Source: an uncultured Acidobacteriota bacterium (GTDB taxonomy: Bacteria; Acidobacteriota; UBA6911). From it: a stretch of 64,000 nt of DNA. A program made the position numbers and the translations under genes. Where the stretch lies: assembly GCA_963843575.1 (NCBI GenBank), contig CAWJKZ010000004.1, positions 64,001 to 128,000 of the forward strand, given 5' to 3'. Of the stretch, positions 10,250 through 21,000 are shown piece by piece. Position 1 is the stretch's first letter. Every line of letters starts with the position of its first letter. Under the pieces are notes generated by a model, which saw only the letters and a list, made by a program, of their open reading frames with translations, searched no databases and was not told where the DNA came from.

Positions 10250-12517
10250 TCAGCGGGTTGCGTAATCCCACTCGGCCGCACCGCGCTCCAGAACCGCCGG
10301 CAGGTCTTCGGGCAGGAGGAATCGCTGCTCGATCAGCCGTTCCGCGGCCTTCCGGTACAGCTGCAGATACTCTTCCCTGCCCGAATAGCGCTCTTGGATC
10401 GAGAGACGCGGATCCCCGCTGGACGCCCGCTCCTCCCTGGTTTTTGCCAGGGGCAGGTAGGAGCCAACGAAGCTCACCCGCTGGGTTGGAGCTCCGATTT
10501 GCGGCGCGCGCAGGTTCCACCCGGTATACGTCGCGAGGGGAACGGCGAGTTCGGGAAGCCGAATGCCGCCCATATCCTGACCATCCGGGTCCGGGTTGGG
10601 GACGAATATCGGGAACGGCTTGCCGACGACCGGGGGTTCCTTGGCTATGACGCCCTTCCTCTTGAACTCGGGGCCGTAGTCCACGTGGTAGCCCTGGTTT
10701 GCGTCGCGCGGCAGATTGGTGGATACGACGTACGGAAAACGCATCCGGTCGAGCGGAACCAGGGATCCGTCCGACAGTTTCGGATACACGCTTGGGGGCG
10801 GCTCTACACCGCGCGTGGCCCATGCGTCGAGGTTGGTGATCATCGCGCGCCACAGCCAGCGCACGGGATTGGGATTGTTTGCGTTTTGTATGTCCTGCCC
10901 GGGGCTGGGTGGGAAGGGGGGGCTTCCGTGCTGCAAGCCTGCCTCGAAGTAGATGCGGACGTTTGCGCCGGGCGCGAGATCCCTTTTCCCGTCGGGGCTG
11001 GTGTGAATGAGCGACGCCGCCCGACCCCAGTACTCGTACGATGTGTTGGTCAGGAACATCTTGGGGAGGGTGCGCGACTTCGTCGCCGCCGCCAGCAACC
11101 CGTCCTGCTCCCCGGTCTCGGGGTCGGTCTGGACCGAGTCCGCAAACGGGAAGATGTCGGTCGGGTAGAAGAGTGCGTTCATGGGCTGCGCATCGCGCGA
11201 GGGCTGGGCGAAGCGGTGATTGAAGCTGCCTCGGCCGGCGCCCGCGACGTGCGGGATCATGCCGTCGAAAACCTGGCGCCCCCGCTCGTCCGCATTGAAG
11301 TCCTGGTAGAGCATGTGGCGCAGGAAGCGGCCGCTCTGTGAAATGCCCACCCCGTAGGCGCGCCTGATCGGTGCGACGGCCGTGGGGTCGTGTTTCAGGT
11401 ACGAGACGAAGTCACGAACCGAGGCAAACCCGAGGCCGGCGACCGCCGGGTCCTGCGCGACGTAAACCAGCTCGTAAATCCTGCCCTTCCTGAACCCGCC
11501 GCTCAGCCGGAAGGAATCGCCGCCGGGACCGAACTGCCACTGGTCCCGCGGAATTACCATGCGCGGCGCGCACGGCAGTTCGCGTACGGTCAGGACGTTC
11601 CGGTCGCTCTGTGGATCGGCAACGGGATAGCCCGTACCGCCCAGGCGGTTCTGGATGAGGTGGCCGAGCGGCATTTCGTCGCGGTCCGCGTCGAGTGTGA
11701 AATCGGTGCGCACCAACCCCCGGATACGCGTGACGCTCGGGCCGCGCGCGATCGGAGCATAGAGGCGCAGGACGTTGGGGCCGGGGACCGCATCGTGCTG
11801 CCAGCCAATCCACGCAACCGTGTAGCCTCGATTGAGAAGAAAACCGTCTCCAAAATCCTCGACGGTGGCCGGATTGAGCGAGCCGCGGCCGCCGTTGACG
11901 ATGCCGAGGATGGCCTTGCCGCCACGATTGGAGATTTCCAGCAGCAGCGCGCCGTTTCCCCTGGCAGGATCCTTGGGCCGGAGGACATAGAAGTCCGCGC
12001 TGAACTCGACCTCGCCCGCGACGTTGCGGTCGGCCATGCCGAGGTCCACGATGGAGCGGTTGTGCGGATTGTCGGGCCGCACCCTGAAATGCACCCGCCC
12101 GGAGAGCTTTTCATAGGCTCCCGCCTTGCCCCATTCCCTTCCCCCGAGCACCTCCTCGCGGAGTTGCACGTCGACCCGCGCTACCCGGGCGGGAAGCGGG
12201 TTGGCGGCGAGGGCCGCCAACAGGAGAGTTGCGGACAGGACGACAAGGTACGGAGCTCTCCCCGACGGCCGCCGCTGCACAAACCGGTCCGGCTCGGCAA
12301 GGTGCGCGGCGGCAACCGGCGAGAATGCCTCGGGGTTCGACGGATTCACGCCTTCAGGATGCCGCATTGGCTGTTGCAAGCCTCGATCGAGCTTATCCCC
12401 GACTGCCTGCCCGCACACGCAGACGCCGGTTTTCTGAAATACAGCGCGATTCCTTATCCGCCCTCGGCCGGGAGAAGTATACTTCGTGTACCAGGACCTT
12501 GACAGGCTTGCTGTCAC
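10250..12517 (-). CDS. Secreted alpha/beta hydrolase domain protein (start uncertain, probably downstream of 12517)
   Basis: GAYEKLSG, NRGGK, GISQSGRFLR nucleophile elbow, SYEYWGRAASL, GGIRLPELAVPLATYTGWN, GDPRLSIQERY; signal-like hydrophobic stretch near the N-terminus. Confidence 0.85.
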   Translation of the reverse strand: MTASLSRSWYTKYTSPGRGRIRNRAVFQKTGVCVCGQAVGDKLDRGLQQPMRHPEGVNPSNPEAFSPVAAAHLAEPDRFVQRRPSGRAPYLVVLSATLLLAALAANPLPARVARVDVQLREEVLGGREWGKAGAYEKLSGRVHFRVRPDNPHNRSIVDLGMADRNVAGEVEFSADFYVLRPKDPARGNGALLLEISNRGGKAILGIVNGGRGSLNPATVEDFGDGFLLNRGYTVAWIGWQHDAVPGPNVLRLYAPIARGPSVTRIRGLVRTDFTLDADRDEMPLGHLIQNRLGGTGYPVADPQSDRNVLTVRELPCAPRMVIPRDQWQFGPGGDSFRLSGGFRKGRIYELVYVAQDPAVAGLGFASVRDFVSYLKHDPTAVAPIRRAYGVGISQSGRFLRHMLYQDFNADERGRQVFDGMIPHVAGAGRGSFNHRFAQPSRDAQPMNALFYPTDIFPFADSVQTDPETGEQDGLLAAATKSRTLPKMFLTNTSYEYWGRAASLIHTSPDGKRDLAPGANVRIYFEAGLQHGSPPFPPSPGQDIQNANNPNPVRWLWRAMITNLDAWATRGVEPPPSVYPKLSDGSLVPLDRMRFPYVVSTNLPRDANQGYHVDYGPEFKRKGVIAKEPPVVGKPFPIFVPNPDPDGQDMGGIRLPELAVPLATYTGWNLRAPQIGAPTQRVSFVGSYLPLAKTREERASSGDPRLSIQERYSGREEYLQLYRKAAERLIEQRFLLPEDLPAVLERGAAEWDYATR

Positions 12518-12546
12518 TCACATCAACCACCCGAGAGGAGAATGTC

Positions 12547-12840
12547 ATGGCAATCAACATCGTGCTCTGGAAACTCACGGAGCAGGGGATGAGGAACATC
12601 AAGGACTCCCCGAACCGCCTGCAAGCCGGAATCAAAGCCTTCGAGGCGGCCGGCGGCAAAATGCTGGGGGCCTATTACACGGTGGGCGAATACGACCTCG
12701 TCACCATCGGCGAGATTGCCGACGAGAAGGCGGGACTGGCCCACACGCTCACCATGAACATGTCGGGCAACGTGAAGTCCGTCACGATGCGGGCCTTCAC
12801 ACCGGCGGAGTTCGCGGAGATAATCGCCAAGACGCGCTAA
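12547..12840 (+). CDS. GYD domain protein
   Basis: GAGGAG RBS; TEQGMRNIKDSPNR...YYTVGEYDLV...GNVKSVTMRAF. Confidence 0.9.
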   Translation: MAINIVLWKLTEQGMRNIKDSPNRLQAGIKAFEAAGGKMLGAYYTVGEYDLVTIGEIADEKAGLAHTLTMNMSGNVKSVTMRAFTPAEFAEIIAKTR

Positions 12841-12849
12841 CCTGAACAT

Positions 12850-14709
12850 TTGATCCGCGTGGATTCGCGCCAATGGGCGTCCGACAAAATCCTGCAGGAA
12901 GGAGTGGAGGATCCCTCGCAGGTGCTGAAGTTCGCGATCAGGTTCGTGAAACCATACTGGAGGTTGGTCGCCTTCGTCCTCGTCGCGATGCTCGTCGAGG
13001 CGGCGGCGAGCCTTGCCTCGCCGTGGCCGTTGAAGATCGTGCTCGACTCGGTGCTGGGGTCGCGCCCGCTGCCTGAGTGGCTTGGCTGGCTGTCCGGGCC
13101 GGCCCGGGACAAGCTCACGATCCTCAACGCGGCCGTGTGCGCCACGATCGCGTTTGCGCTGCTGCAAGCCGCCGCCGCCTATGTCAACGGCTACTACTCG
13201 ACCAGCCTGGGTCAGTGGATTGCCCACGACCTGCGCCAGACGGTCTACGGGCACCTCCAGCGGCTGTCGCTCTCGTATTACGACCGCCAGCAGACCGGTC
13301 CCCTCGTCAGCACGATCACCGACGACATCAACGCCGTCCAGGAATTCGTCTCCTCGACGCTCCTTACGATCCTGATCGACCTGCTCACCATCACCGGCAT
13401 GCTCGTCGTGATGTTCTCGCTCAACTGGAACTTCACGCTGGTGGCGCTCTCCGTGACGCCGCTGTTGGCGCTCTTCGTGTATCGGCTGCGCTACGTGCTG
13501 AAGCGAGCCACGCACGACATGCGTCGCAAGCAAAGCGAGATCGTCTCGATCGTGCAGGAAGGGTTGGGATCCATCCGCGTCGTAAAGGCGTTTGCACAGG
13601 GCGCGTTCGAGCGCCGCCGGCTCGACACCAAGAGCCTCGAGAGCGTCGACGCGGCGCTCCGTGCGCGCCGGGTGCGCTCGATGCTGGGCCCCGTCGTTAC
13701 TGTGCTCGTGGCCGTCGGCACCGGGGCCGTGCTCTGGTTCGGCTCGCGACTGGTCATCGAGGGCACCATGACGGCCGGCGCACTCATCGTGTTCCTGACG
13801 TACCTCGGCAAGCTGTTCAAGCCGATCCAGGACCTCGCGCGGGCGAGCACGAACGTCGCGCAGGCTGCCGTGGGCCTCGAGCGAGTCATGGCCGTGCTCG
13901 ACACCGACGAGCGGCTACCCCGCTCGCCGCACGCGCGCACACTCGACCACGTGAAGGGCAAGGTCGAGTTCCGCAACGTGACTTTTGGCTACGATCGCCA
14001 CCGCCCGGTCCTGAAAGAGGTCTCGTTCGCGATTCAGCCGGGCCAGATGGTCGGCCTGGTCGGGCCGAGCGGCAGCGGCAAGTCGACGCTTGTCGGGCTC
14101 ATTCCACGCTTCTACGATCCGACTTCGGGCACGGTAGCCATCGATGGCCACGATGTCCGCAACTTCACGATCAGGTCGCTGCGCCGGCAGATCGGGTTCG
14201 TCCTCCAGGACACCCAGCTGTTTCACGCGCCCCTCTGGCAGAACATCGCCTACGGCAGACCGGACGCCACACGCGACGAGATCGTCGCCGCCGCGAGGCT
14301 GGCCCACGCGCACGAGTTCATTGAGGCTCTGCCCGAGGGGTACGAGACTGTCGTCGGGCAGGGCGGCCAGACGCTCTCCGGGGGGCAACGCCAAAGGCTC
14401 GGCATCGCAAGGGCTATGGTGCGGGAGGCGTCCATCGTGATCCTCGACGAGCCGAGTTCTGGCCTCGATGCGGAGTCGGAGCGGCTCGTCTTCGACGGGC
14501 TGGGCCGGCTGCTCGAAGGCAAGACCGCGTTCATCATCGCCCACCGCCTCGCCACGGTCAGGAAAGCCGACGTCATCCTCGTCCTGGACGAGGGCCGCAT
14601 CGTCGAATGCGGCGCACACGACGAGCTTCTCGCGCAGGGCGGAATGTACTCGGTCCTGCACCGGGCCCAGGATGCGGATCACCAGGCAGCCGGGGGACCT
14701 CGCGGGTAG
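12850..14709 (+). CDS. ABC exporter, fused permease/ATPase (MsbA-like)
   Basis: N-terminal TM domain; Walker A GPSGSGKS, signature LSGGQRQR, Walker B ILDEP, IIAHRL. Confidence 0.95.
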   Translation: MIRVDSRQWASDKILQEGVEDPSQVLKFAIRFVKPYWRLVAFVLVAMLVEAAASLASPWPLKIVLDSVLGSRPLPEWLGWLSGPARDKLTILNAAVCATIAFALLQAAAAYVNGYYSTSLGQWIAHDLRQTVYGHLQRLSLSYYDRQQTGPLVSTITDDINAVQEFVSSTLLTILIDLLTITGMLVVMFSLNWNFTLVALSVTPLLALFVYRLRYVLKRATHDMRRKQSEIVSIVQEGLGSIRVVKAFAQGAFERRRLDTKSLESVDAALRARRVRSMLGPVVTVLVAVGTGAVLWFGSRLVIEGTMTAGALIVFLTYLGKLFKPIQDLARASTNVAQAAVGLERVMAVLDTDERLPRSPHARTLDHVKGKVEFRNVTFGYDRHRPVLKEVSFAIQPGQMVGLVGPSGSGKSTLVGLIPRFYDPTSGTVAIDGHDVRNFTIRSLRRQIGFVLQDTQLFHAPLWQNIAYGRPDATRDEIVAAARLAHAHEFIEALPEGYETVVGQGGQTLSGGQRQRLGIARAMVREASIVILDEPSSGLDAESERLVFDGLGRLLEGKTAFIIAHRLATVRKADVILVLDEGRIVECGAHDELLAQGGMYSVLHRAQDADHQAAGGPRG

Positions 14710-14777
14710 ACGCGAAAGGGCAAACGCGCGGAGCTTCCCGGCACGGCGGATCGGCGGCGCACGTCCCGTCACCACGT

Positions 14778-14815
14778 CAAAATCCGCGTGCATCCGAGGA
14801 AATCCGCGTCCTGAA
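14778..14815. repeat. Intergenic ATCCGCG-type 9-10 bp periodic repeat
   Basis: atccgcgtgcatccgaggaaatccgcgtcctg; its reverse complement is nearly identical to 42661-42692. Confidence 0.7.
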
Positions 14816-14829
14816 TATGACCGGATACG

Positions 14830-15990
14830 ATGTGGCACCCGATGCCGAAGCTCGAAGTGATTCTATTCCCGGGCGAAGGGCCCGCCGATCTGTTTAAGAG
14901 TGCCGGGACAGAGGCTGCATCGGGGGGAAATCCAGTGAAGGGTGAGCGCCGGATGTGGACGGGGTTCGCTACCGATTCAAACGTCGCCAGGCTGGCGCTC
15001 ATCGGCGCGCTCGCGTTGGTGCCGGCTGCTCAGCGGGCTTACGGAGCGGAGTTTTACAGCGGCAAGGTGATCCACCTCGTCGTGAGCCAGCCACCCGGCG
15101 GCGCGTACGATGCCTACGCGAGGCTCATCGCCAGGCACATGGGGAAACACATCCCGGGATCGCCGACCATCTTCGTCGACAATATGCCCGGAGCGGGTGG
15201 TCTGGTCGCCGCAAAGCACGTTTCAACCCGGGCCAAGCCGGATGGTTTGACGCTCGGCATGCTGAATCCGACCCCGTTCCTCGGCCACCTGCTGAAAAGC
15301 GACAACAGCATCGCGGGCCTTCAGCACCTGCAGTTCGTTGGCTCCCCGAGTCGGGACACACCCGTGTGCATCTTCACCCGCGCAAGCGGCATACGGGATC
15401 TTCGGAGCTGGCGGGCGGCCAAGTCCGCGCCCCGGTTGGGCATGAGCGGCGAGGGGGCGGGGAGTCGCATCTATGCGCTCCTCCTCGCGGCTGCATTGGA
15501 TCTGCCGAGCCGTCCGATCCGCGGGTACCGCGGGAGCGCGGACATCCGGCTGGCGATGGCCAACGGTGAGATCGACGGAACCTGCATAGGATTCAGCGCA
15601 GTCAAGTTGCTTTGGAATCCCGGGACTGACTTCTCGACCGTTCTCGCGGCAGCCGCAGCGCCGGAACCCGGACTCGAAAGCGTCCCATCGGCTGCGACTC
15701 TCGCCGGAAACAATGAAGCTAGGGCCCTGATCGAGAAGGGCATCTATGCCTTCGCCGCTCTCCTGAGGTACGTGGTTCTCCCGCCGGCCACGGCGCAGGC
15801 TCAGGTTCTGGTCATGCGCCGGGCTTTCTCGGAGACCATGAAGGACGCGGAATTCCTCGCCGGTGCGGCGAGATCACAATTGCCCATCCAGCCGATAAGT
15901 GGGGAGGAGCTTGAGGCCCTGGTCCGCTCGATCTCCACACTGCCGCCCGCGTTAGCGGCCCGGATCAGGGATATCCTCCGAAGCGATTGA
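14830..15990 (+). CDS. tctC: Bug/TctC tripartite tricarboxylate transporter substrate-binding protein (start probably ~14953)
   Basis: FYSGKVIHLVV, PGGAYDAYARLIARH, NMPGAGG, KPDGLT, GYRGSADIRLAMANGEIDG. Confidence 0.85.
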   Translation: MWHPMPKLEVILFPGEGPADLFKSAGTEAASGGNPVKGERRMWTGFATDSNVARLALIGALALVPAAQRAYGAEFYSGKVIHLVVSQPPGGAYDAYARLIARHMGKHIPGSPTIFVDNMPGAGGLVAAKHVSTRAKPDGLTLGMLNPTPFLGHLLKSDNSIAGLQHLQFVGSPSRDTPVCIFTRASGIRDLRSWRAAKSAPRLGMSGEGAGSRIYALLLAAALDLPSRPIRGYRGSADIRLAMANGEIDGTCIGFSAVKLLWNPGTDFSTVLAAAAAPEPGLESVPSAATLAGNNEARALIEKGIYAFAALLRYVVLPPATAQAQVLVMRRAFSETMKDAEFLAGAARSQLPIQPISGEELEALVRSISTLPPALAARIRDILRSD

Positions 15991-16047
15991 ACCCTGCCAC
16001 GGCCGCAATCCGAAGCGGTCGGCTGGGCGCGGGAGTCGAGACCGGAA

Positions 16048-18060
16048 ATGGGGGAGTTTTTGGAGGCGTTCGCCGCCGGGCTTCTTGGTCTGTTTCATTG
16101 GCCGGAATTTGGGCTGATGCTGATCGGTACGTGCCTGGGGGGAGTAGTCGGGCTCCTCCCCGGCATTGGAGGAGCCGCGACGCTGGTAATCCTCCTCCCG
16201 TTTGCATACGCCATGAAGCCCGAGCACGGCCTTGCGCTCCTGGTTTCGATGATCGCGGTCGTGACGACGACGGGGGACATCACCTCGATTTTGTTTGGCA
16301 TCCCGGGCGAGGGAACGACCGCAAGCACCGTCGTGGATGGCTACCCCATGACACGGCAGGGGGAATCCCGCCGAGCGCTTGGGGCCGCCATCACCGCTTC
16401 CGCAGTCGGTGCGGCCTTCGGTGCTCTCACTCTTGCGGCTGCCATCCCGTTCGTCCGCCCCCTGGTGCTTTCGATCGGCTCCCCCGAGTTCTTCATGCTC
16501 GCGCTGCTGGGCATCAGCTTCCTGTCCTTGATCTCCCGGGGGAGCGCTCTCAAGGGACTCATCGCGGGAGGCATCGGTCTCCTGCTGGCGACGGTCGGAA
16601 TCGACACCATCGATGGCGTTCCCAGATACAGCTTCGACATCCTGTTTCTTTGGGACGGCATCGGAGTGCTGCCCGCGGCCATGGGGCTGTTCGCGGTTCC
16701 GGAAGTCCTCGCGCTCGTGACGACGGCGAAAGACCCGATGTTCCAGCGGCCGATTGAGGATTCGGGAAGCGTTTTGGCGGGCATCCGGGATGCCGTTCGC
16801 CACCGTTGGCTTGTCTTGAGGTGCAGCGCCCTCGGCACATACATCGGCCTTTTGCCGGGCATGGGAGCTTCGATCTCCCAGTGGGTGGCGTACGCCCACT
16901 CGGTACAGAGCTCGAAAGATCAGGAGCGGTTCGGAAAGGGAGCCGTCGAAGGGGTTCTGGGCCCGGCAGCCGCGAACAACTCCACGCTCGGAGGTGCACT
17001 GATTCCCACTCTCGGCTTCGGCATTCCCGGGAGTCTCGGCACCACCATACTTCTGGGTGCTATGCTCGCGCAGGGTATCGTTCCCGGCCCCAAAATGCTC
17101 ATCCCGGAGACGCAGGGCGGACACCTCACCCTGACCTTCACGATTGTCTGGATTGTCATCGTCTCGAATCTGATCGCCTCGGGGATATCCCTGGCGGCTC
17201 TCAGGCAGCTGGCGAAGATCACCAACATCCGCGGCAGGGTCCTGTTTCCTTTGCTCCTGTCCTTCATATGCCTCGGCTCGTTCGCGGAAAAAAACGCCAT
17301 TGAAGACCTGCTGGTGGTGGCGGCGGTGGGGGTGTTGGGCTGTGTGATGAAGCGCCTGGACTGGCCGCGGCCACCGTTGCTCCTCGGCCTCATCCTGGGG
17401 CCGATCGCGGAGAACAAGCTTTTCATCTCGCAGAACCTGTACGGCTGGTCCTGGGTACTGCGGCCGGGAGTCCTCGTAATCCTGGCAATCATTCTGGCCG
17501 GATTTTGCCAACCCCTCATCCGGTTGCTCGTGCGCAGACTTGCCGGGAGGGGCGGTGCCACGTCCCCGCCGTCAGTCGCGCGGCAAGCCGATTCCGAATC
17601 ATCCCCCCCGCTTCCCTCGTTTCTTTTCAGCCTGTTTACCCTGGGGGTGTCTCTCATGGGGCTCTTCATGGCGCGAGACCTGAGTTTCCGATCGGGTCTC
17701 TTCCCCCGAGGTGCGTGTCTCCTCGTACTCGTCTTGTCGCTGATCGAGGTTGTTGGAGGGATTCTCCAACAGCGTCGGCAGACGCCGGGGAGGGCAGCGA
17801 TGGTCTCGAGGCGGGAGCCGGATTCTGGCCGGCGTGGGATCATCTGGTGGTGCCTGGGCTACCTGGCGGCTATCTGGCTTGTCGGATTCATAATCGCAAT
17901 TCCAGTTTTTACCTTTCTCTTCCTGAGGTTCGGTGCACGGGAGAGAGGGTGGCTCAGCTTTGCCATGGCGGCGGGGTGTTTCATCTTCCTCTATGGTTTG
18001 ATGTCGATGGCCCTTCATACGCCGTTCCCGGAAGGAATCATTTTTCAGGCAATTGCCTGA
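16048..18060 (+). CDS. tctA: TctA permease with C-terminal TctB-like fusion
   Basis: GLLPGIGG, ILFGIPGE, DGYPM, AAANNS, LGFGIPG, PPLLLGLILGP; about 150 extra residues with 4 TM helices ending in PFPEG (TctB-like). Confidence 0.9.
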   Translation: MGEFLEAFAAGLLGLFHWPEFGLMLIGTCLGGVVGLLPGIGGAATLVILLPFAYAMKPEHGLALLVSMIAVVTTTGDITSILFGIPGEGTTASTVVDGYPMTRQGESRRALGAAITASAVGAAFGALTLAAAIPFVRPLVLSIGSPEFFMLALLGISFLSLISRGSALKGLIAGGIGLLLATVGIDTIDGVPRYSFDILFLWDGIGVLPAAMGLFAVPEVLALVTTAKDPMFQRPIEDSGSVLAGIRDAVRHRWLVLRCSALGTYIGLLPGMGASISQWVAYAHSVQSSKDQERFGKGAVEGVLGPAAANNSTLGGALIPTLGFGIPGSLGTTILLGAMLAQGIVPGPKMLIPETQGGHLTLTFTIVWIVIVSNLIASGISLAALRQLAKITNIRGRVLFPLLLSFICLGSFAEKNAIEDLLVVAAVGVLGCVMKRLDWPRPPLLLGLILGPIAENKLFISQNLYGWSWVLRPGVLVILAIILAGFCQPLIRLLVRRLAGRGGATSPPSVARQADSESSPPLPSFLFSLFTLGVSLMGLFMARDLSFRSGLFPRGACLLVLVLSLIEVVGGILQQRRQTPGRAAMVSRREPDSGRRGIIWWCLGYLAAIWLVGFIIAIPVFTFLFLRFGARERGWLSFAMAAGCFIFLYGLMSMALHTPFPEGIIFQAIA

Positions 18061-18076
18061 GGTGGAGGACAGGCCA

Positions 18077-21000
18077 GTGGACTTGACCGGCAACTCACCG
18101 TTCAAACCAGAAGAAGGCCCGGCTCACTGCCAGCCATCGGCCAGGCACGTCACGTTTCCCAAGGACGCCTTGGAGGCCTCGATCCCGAACCGATTCGAAG
18201 ATCAGGTCGTCATCCACGCGCATCGGATGGCAGCCAAGACGCGCCTTCGCGAGTGGACCTACGCCGGGCTCAACAGGTTCTCGAACCGGCTCGCGCACGC
18301 CTTGCTCCTGGAGGGGGCACAGCCTGAACAGCGCATCGCCCTGCTGCTGGAACACGACGCTCTCCCCATCGCGTCGTTTCTCGCAGTACTGAAAGCGGGA
18401 GGGATTTGCGTTCCCCTGGAACCGCATCTCCCGGAGGGACGAATCCAGTACATCCTGCAGGATGCCGAGGCGGATTTGCTCGTCACGAATAACCGGAATC
18501 TCCCGCTTGCCCGGCGCATGACCGATTCGGTGCGGCGCATCCTGAATGTGGACGACCTTTCCCAGCGGCTTCCGGAGGGAAACCCCTCGCTTTCGATTCG
18601 GCCGAAGGCGCCGGCCTACCTCATCTACACTTCGGGTTCCACGGGGATGCCCAAGGGTGTCATCCAGAATCATCGGAACGTGCTTCACGACGTCTGGGCC
18701 TACACCCACGGCTTCTCCATAGATTCCTCAGATCGCCTCTGTCAACTGGCCTCCTGCAGCGTGGGTCAGGGAATCAAGGTGTGCTTCAACGCCTTGCTCA
18801 ACGGGGCCACACTGTTGCCGTTCAACGTGCGCGAGGAGGGGACGGCCGGCCTGGCGGCGTGGCTGAACGAGCAGGGGATCACTGTCTACCTTTCTGCCGC
18901 CACGGTCTTCCGGCACCTGACCGGCGTCCTCACCGGGAAGGAACGGTTTCCCTCCGTCCGGCTCCTCCGCCTCGCCAGCGAGCCGATCCGCCGGTCCGAT
19001 TATGAGCAGTTCAAGCGGTTTTTCCCTCCCGAGTGCATGTTCGCCAACGGGTTGTCGTCGAGCGAGACCGGCAATTACACCCAATGCTTGGTGAGGAGCG
19101 CCGACGACATTCCCGGCAATCTCGTGCCTGTCGGATATCCCGTGGAGGACAAGGAGGTCCTGCTCCTGGACGACGACGGGCGCGTGGTCCGCGAGGGGGA
19201 GGTGGGGGAAATCGCCGTCAAGAGCGCCTTCCTGTCGCCGGGCTACTGGCGGCGCCCGGAGTTGACCCGGAAGGTGTTCCTGCAGGTGGCTGAGGATCCC
19301 GAGAAGATGATTTACCTGACCGGGGATCTGGGGTTTCGCCACCCCGACGGCCGGCTCGAGCACCGGGGCCGGAAGGGATTCCAGATCAAGATTCGCGGCT
19401 ATCGGGTCGAGTTGGACGAGGTTGAAACGGTTCTGAAAAATCATCCCTCGGTCCGGGATGCGGTGGTGAAAGCCTCTGAATCCAAGTCCGGGGAGATGCG
19501 CCTGATCGCGTACGTCGTCCCTGAACGAGAGCCTCCCAGGATCGCCCACCTCCGCGATCATCTCCGGAGCTCGCTGCCTGATCCCATGCTGCCGGCTGCC
19601 TTCGTATTCCTGGATGCAATTCCCCTGGCACCCTCGGGGAAGCCCGACCGCCAGGCGCTGCGCGTGCCCGAGACCTTGTCGAACGCGTCGGAGGACGATT
19701 TCCTGGCTCCACGCGACGCGGTGGAAGAGCAGCTTGTCGCTATCTGGGCCGACGTGCTCAAGGTGAACCGAGTGGGTGTGCTCGACAACTTTTTCGAACT
19801 CGGGGGTCATTCACTGACTGCCACGCAGGTTACCTCCCGCGTGCGCAGTCTCTTCCAGGTGGAGATGCCGCTCCGCGAGTTTCTGGAGAACCCGACCATC
19901 GCGGATCTTGCGCGGTCCATCGCCCGGCAAAGGAGTCGGGGTCCGGTGTGCGGCGAACCGGCCGTCAGGCCCGTGTCCCGGGACCGGGAGCTCCCTCTCT
20001 CCTTCGCCCAGCAGAGGCTTTGGTTCCTGAATCAGCTGATCCCCGACGATCCCGTCTACAACATGTCCCGTGTCATCCGCATCGAGGGATCCCTGAACCT
20101 GGCCGCACTGGAGAGGTGCCTTACCGAAATCGTCAGGCGGCATGAACCGCTACGGACCATCTTCCCGTCCCGCGACGGCCGGCCTTACCAGAGGATCCTG
20201 GATCCCGGGCCGATCGTCCCGGAGATCGTTGATCTGTCCGGGCGGCCGCGTGCGGAAGCCGAAGCGGAAGCAAGGGCACGGATCGACTGGGAAGTGCACC
20301 GTCCCTACAACCTGCAGGAAGACCTGCCGCTCCGGACGCTACTCGTCCGCCTGGAACCCGAAGAGCACCTTCTGGTCCTGACGCTTCACCACATCGTTTC
20401 CGACCGGTGGTCACGCTGGATCCTGACCCGCGAGCTGACCGCTCTGTACCAGGCGTTTTCCGAGGACAAGGCCTCGCCGCTCCCGGACTTGCCCATACAA
20501 TACGCGGATTTCGCGTGCTGGCAGCGGGATTGGCTGAGTGGGGAGGTGCTGTCGCAGCAGGTGTCTTACTGGAAAACCCAGTTGAGCGGCGTCCCCGTCC
20601 TGGAACTTCCAGCCGATCGTCCCCGGCCGGCAATCCAGAGTTCACGCGGCGCCTCGATTTCTTTCGCGGTCAACTCGGCCGTGTCGGAGGCGCTTCGCCA
20701 GCTGGCTCAGAGCGAGGGGAGCACGCCCTACATCATGTTTCTGGCCGCATTCCAGTGTCTGCTGCACCGTTACACCGGCCAGGAGGACTTCGCCGTCGGC
20801 ACCCCGATCGCCAATCGCAACCGCGTCGAAATCGAGGGCCTCATCGGGTTCTTCGTAAACACGCTTGTGCTGCGGGCAAACATGGCGGGGAATCCCACCT
20901 TCCGCGAGATCCTGCGGAGGACCCGCGAGGCGGCACTGGGGGCGTTCGCCCATCAGGACCTGCCTTTCGAGAAGATCGTGGAAGAGCTCAACCCCGAACG

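Noticed and set aside
12229-12546. N-terminal extensions of ORF-track calls (GYD protein; also at 35575, 44745, 47611)
   Set aside because: Domain boundaries, and in most cases RBS position, point to downstream starts (12547, 35716, 44937, 47698).
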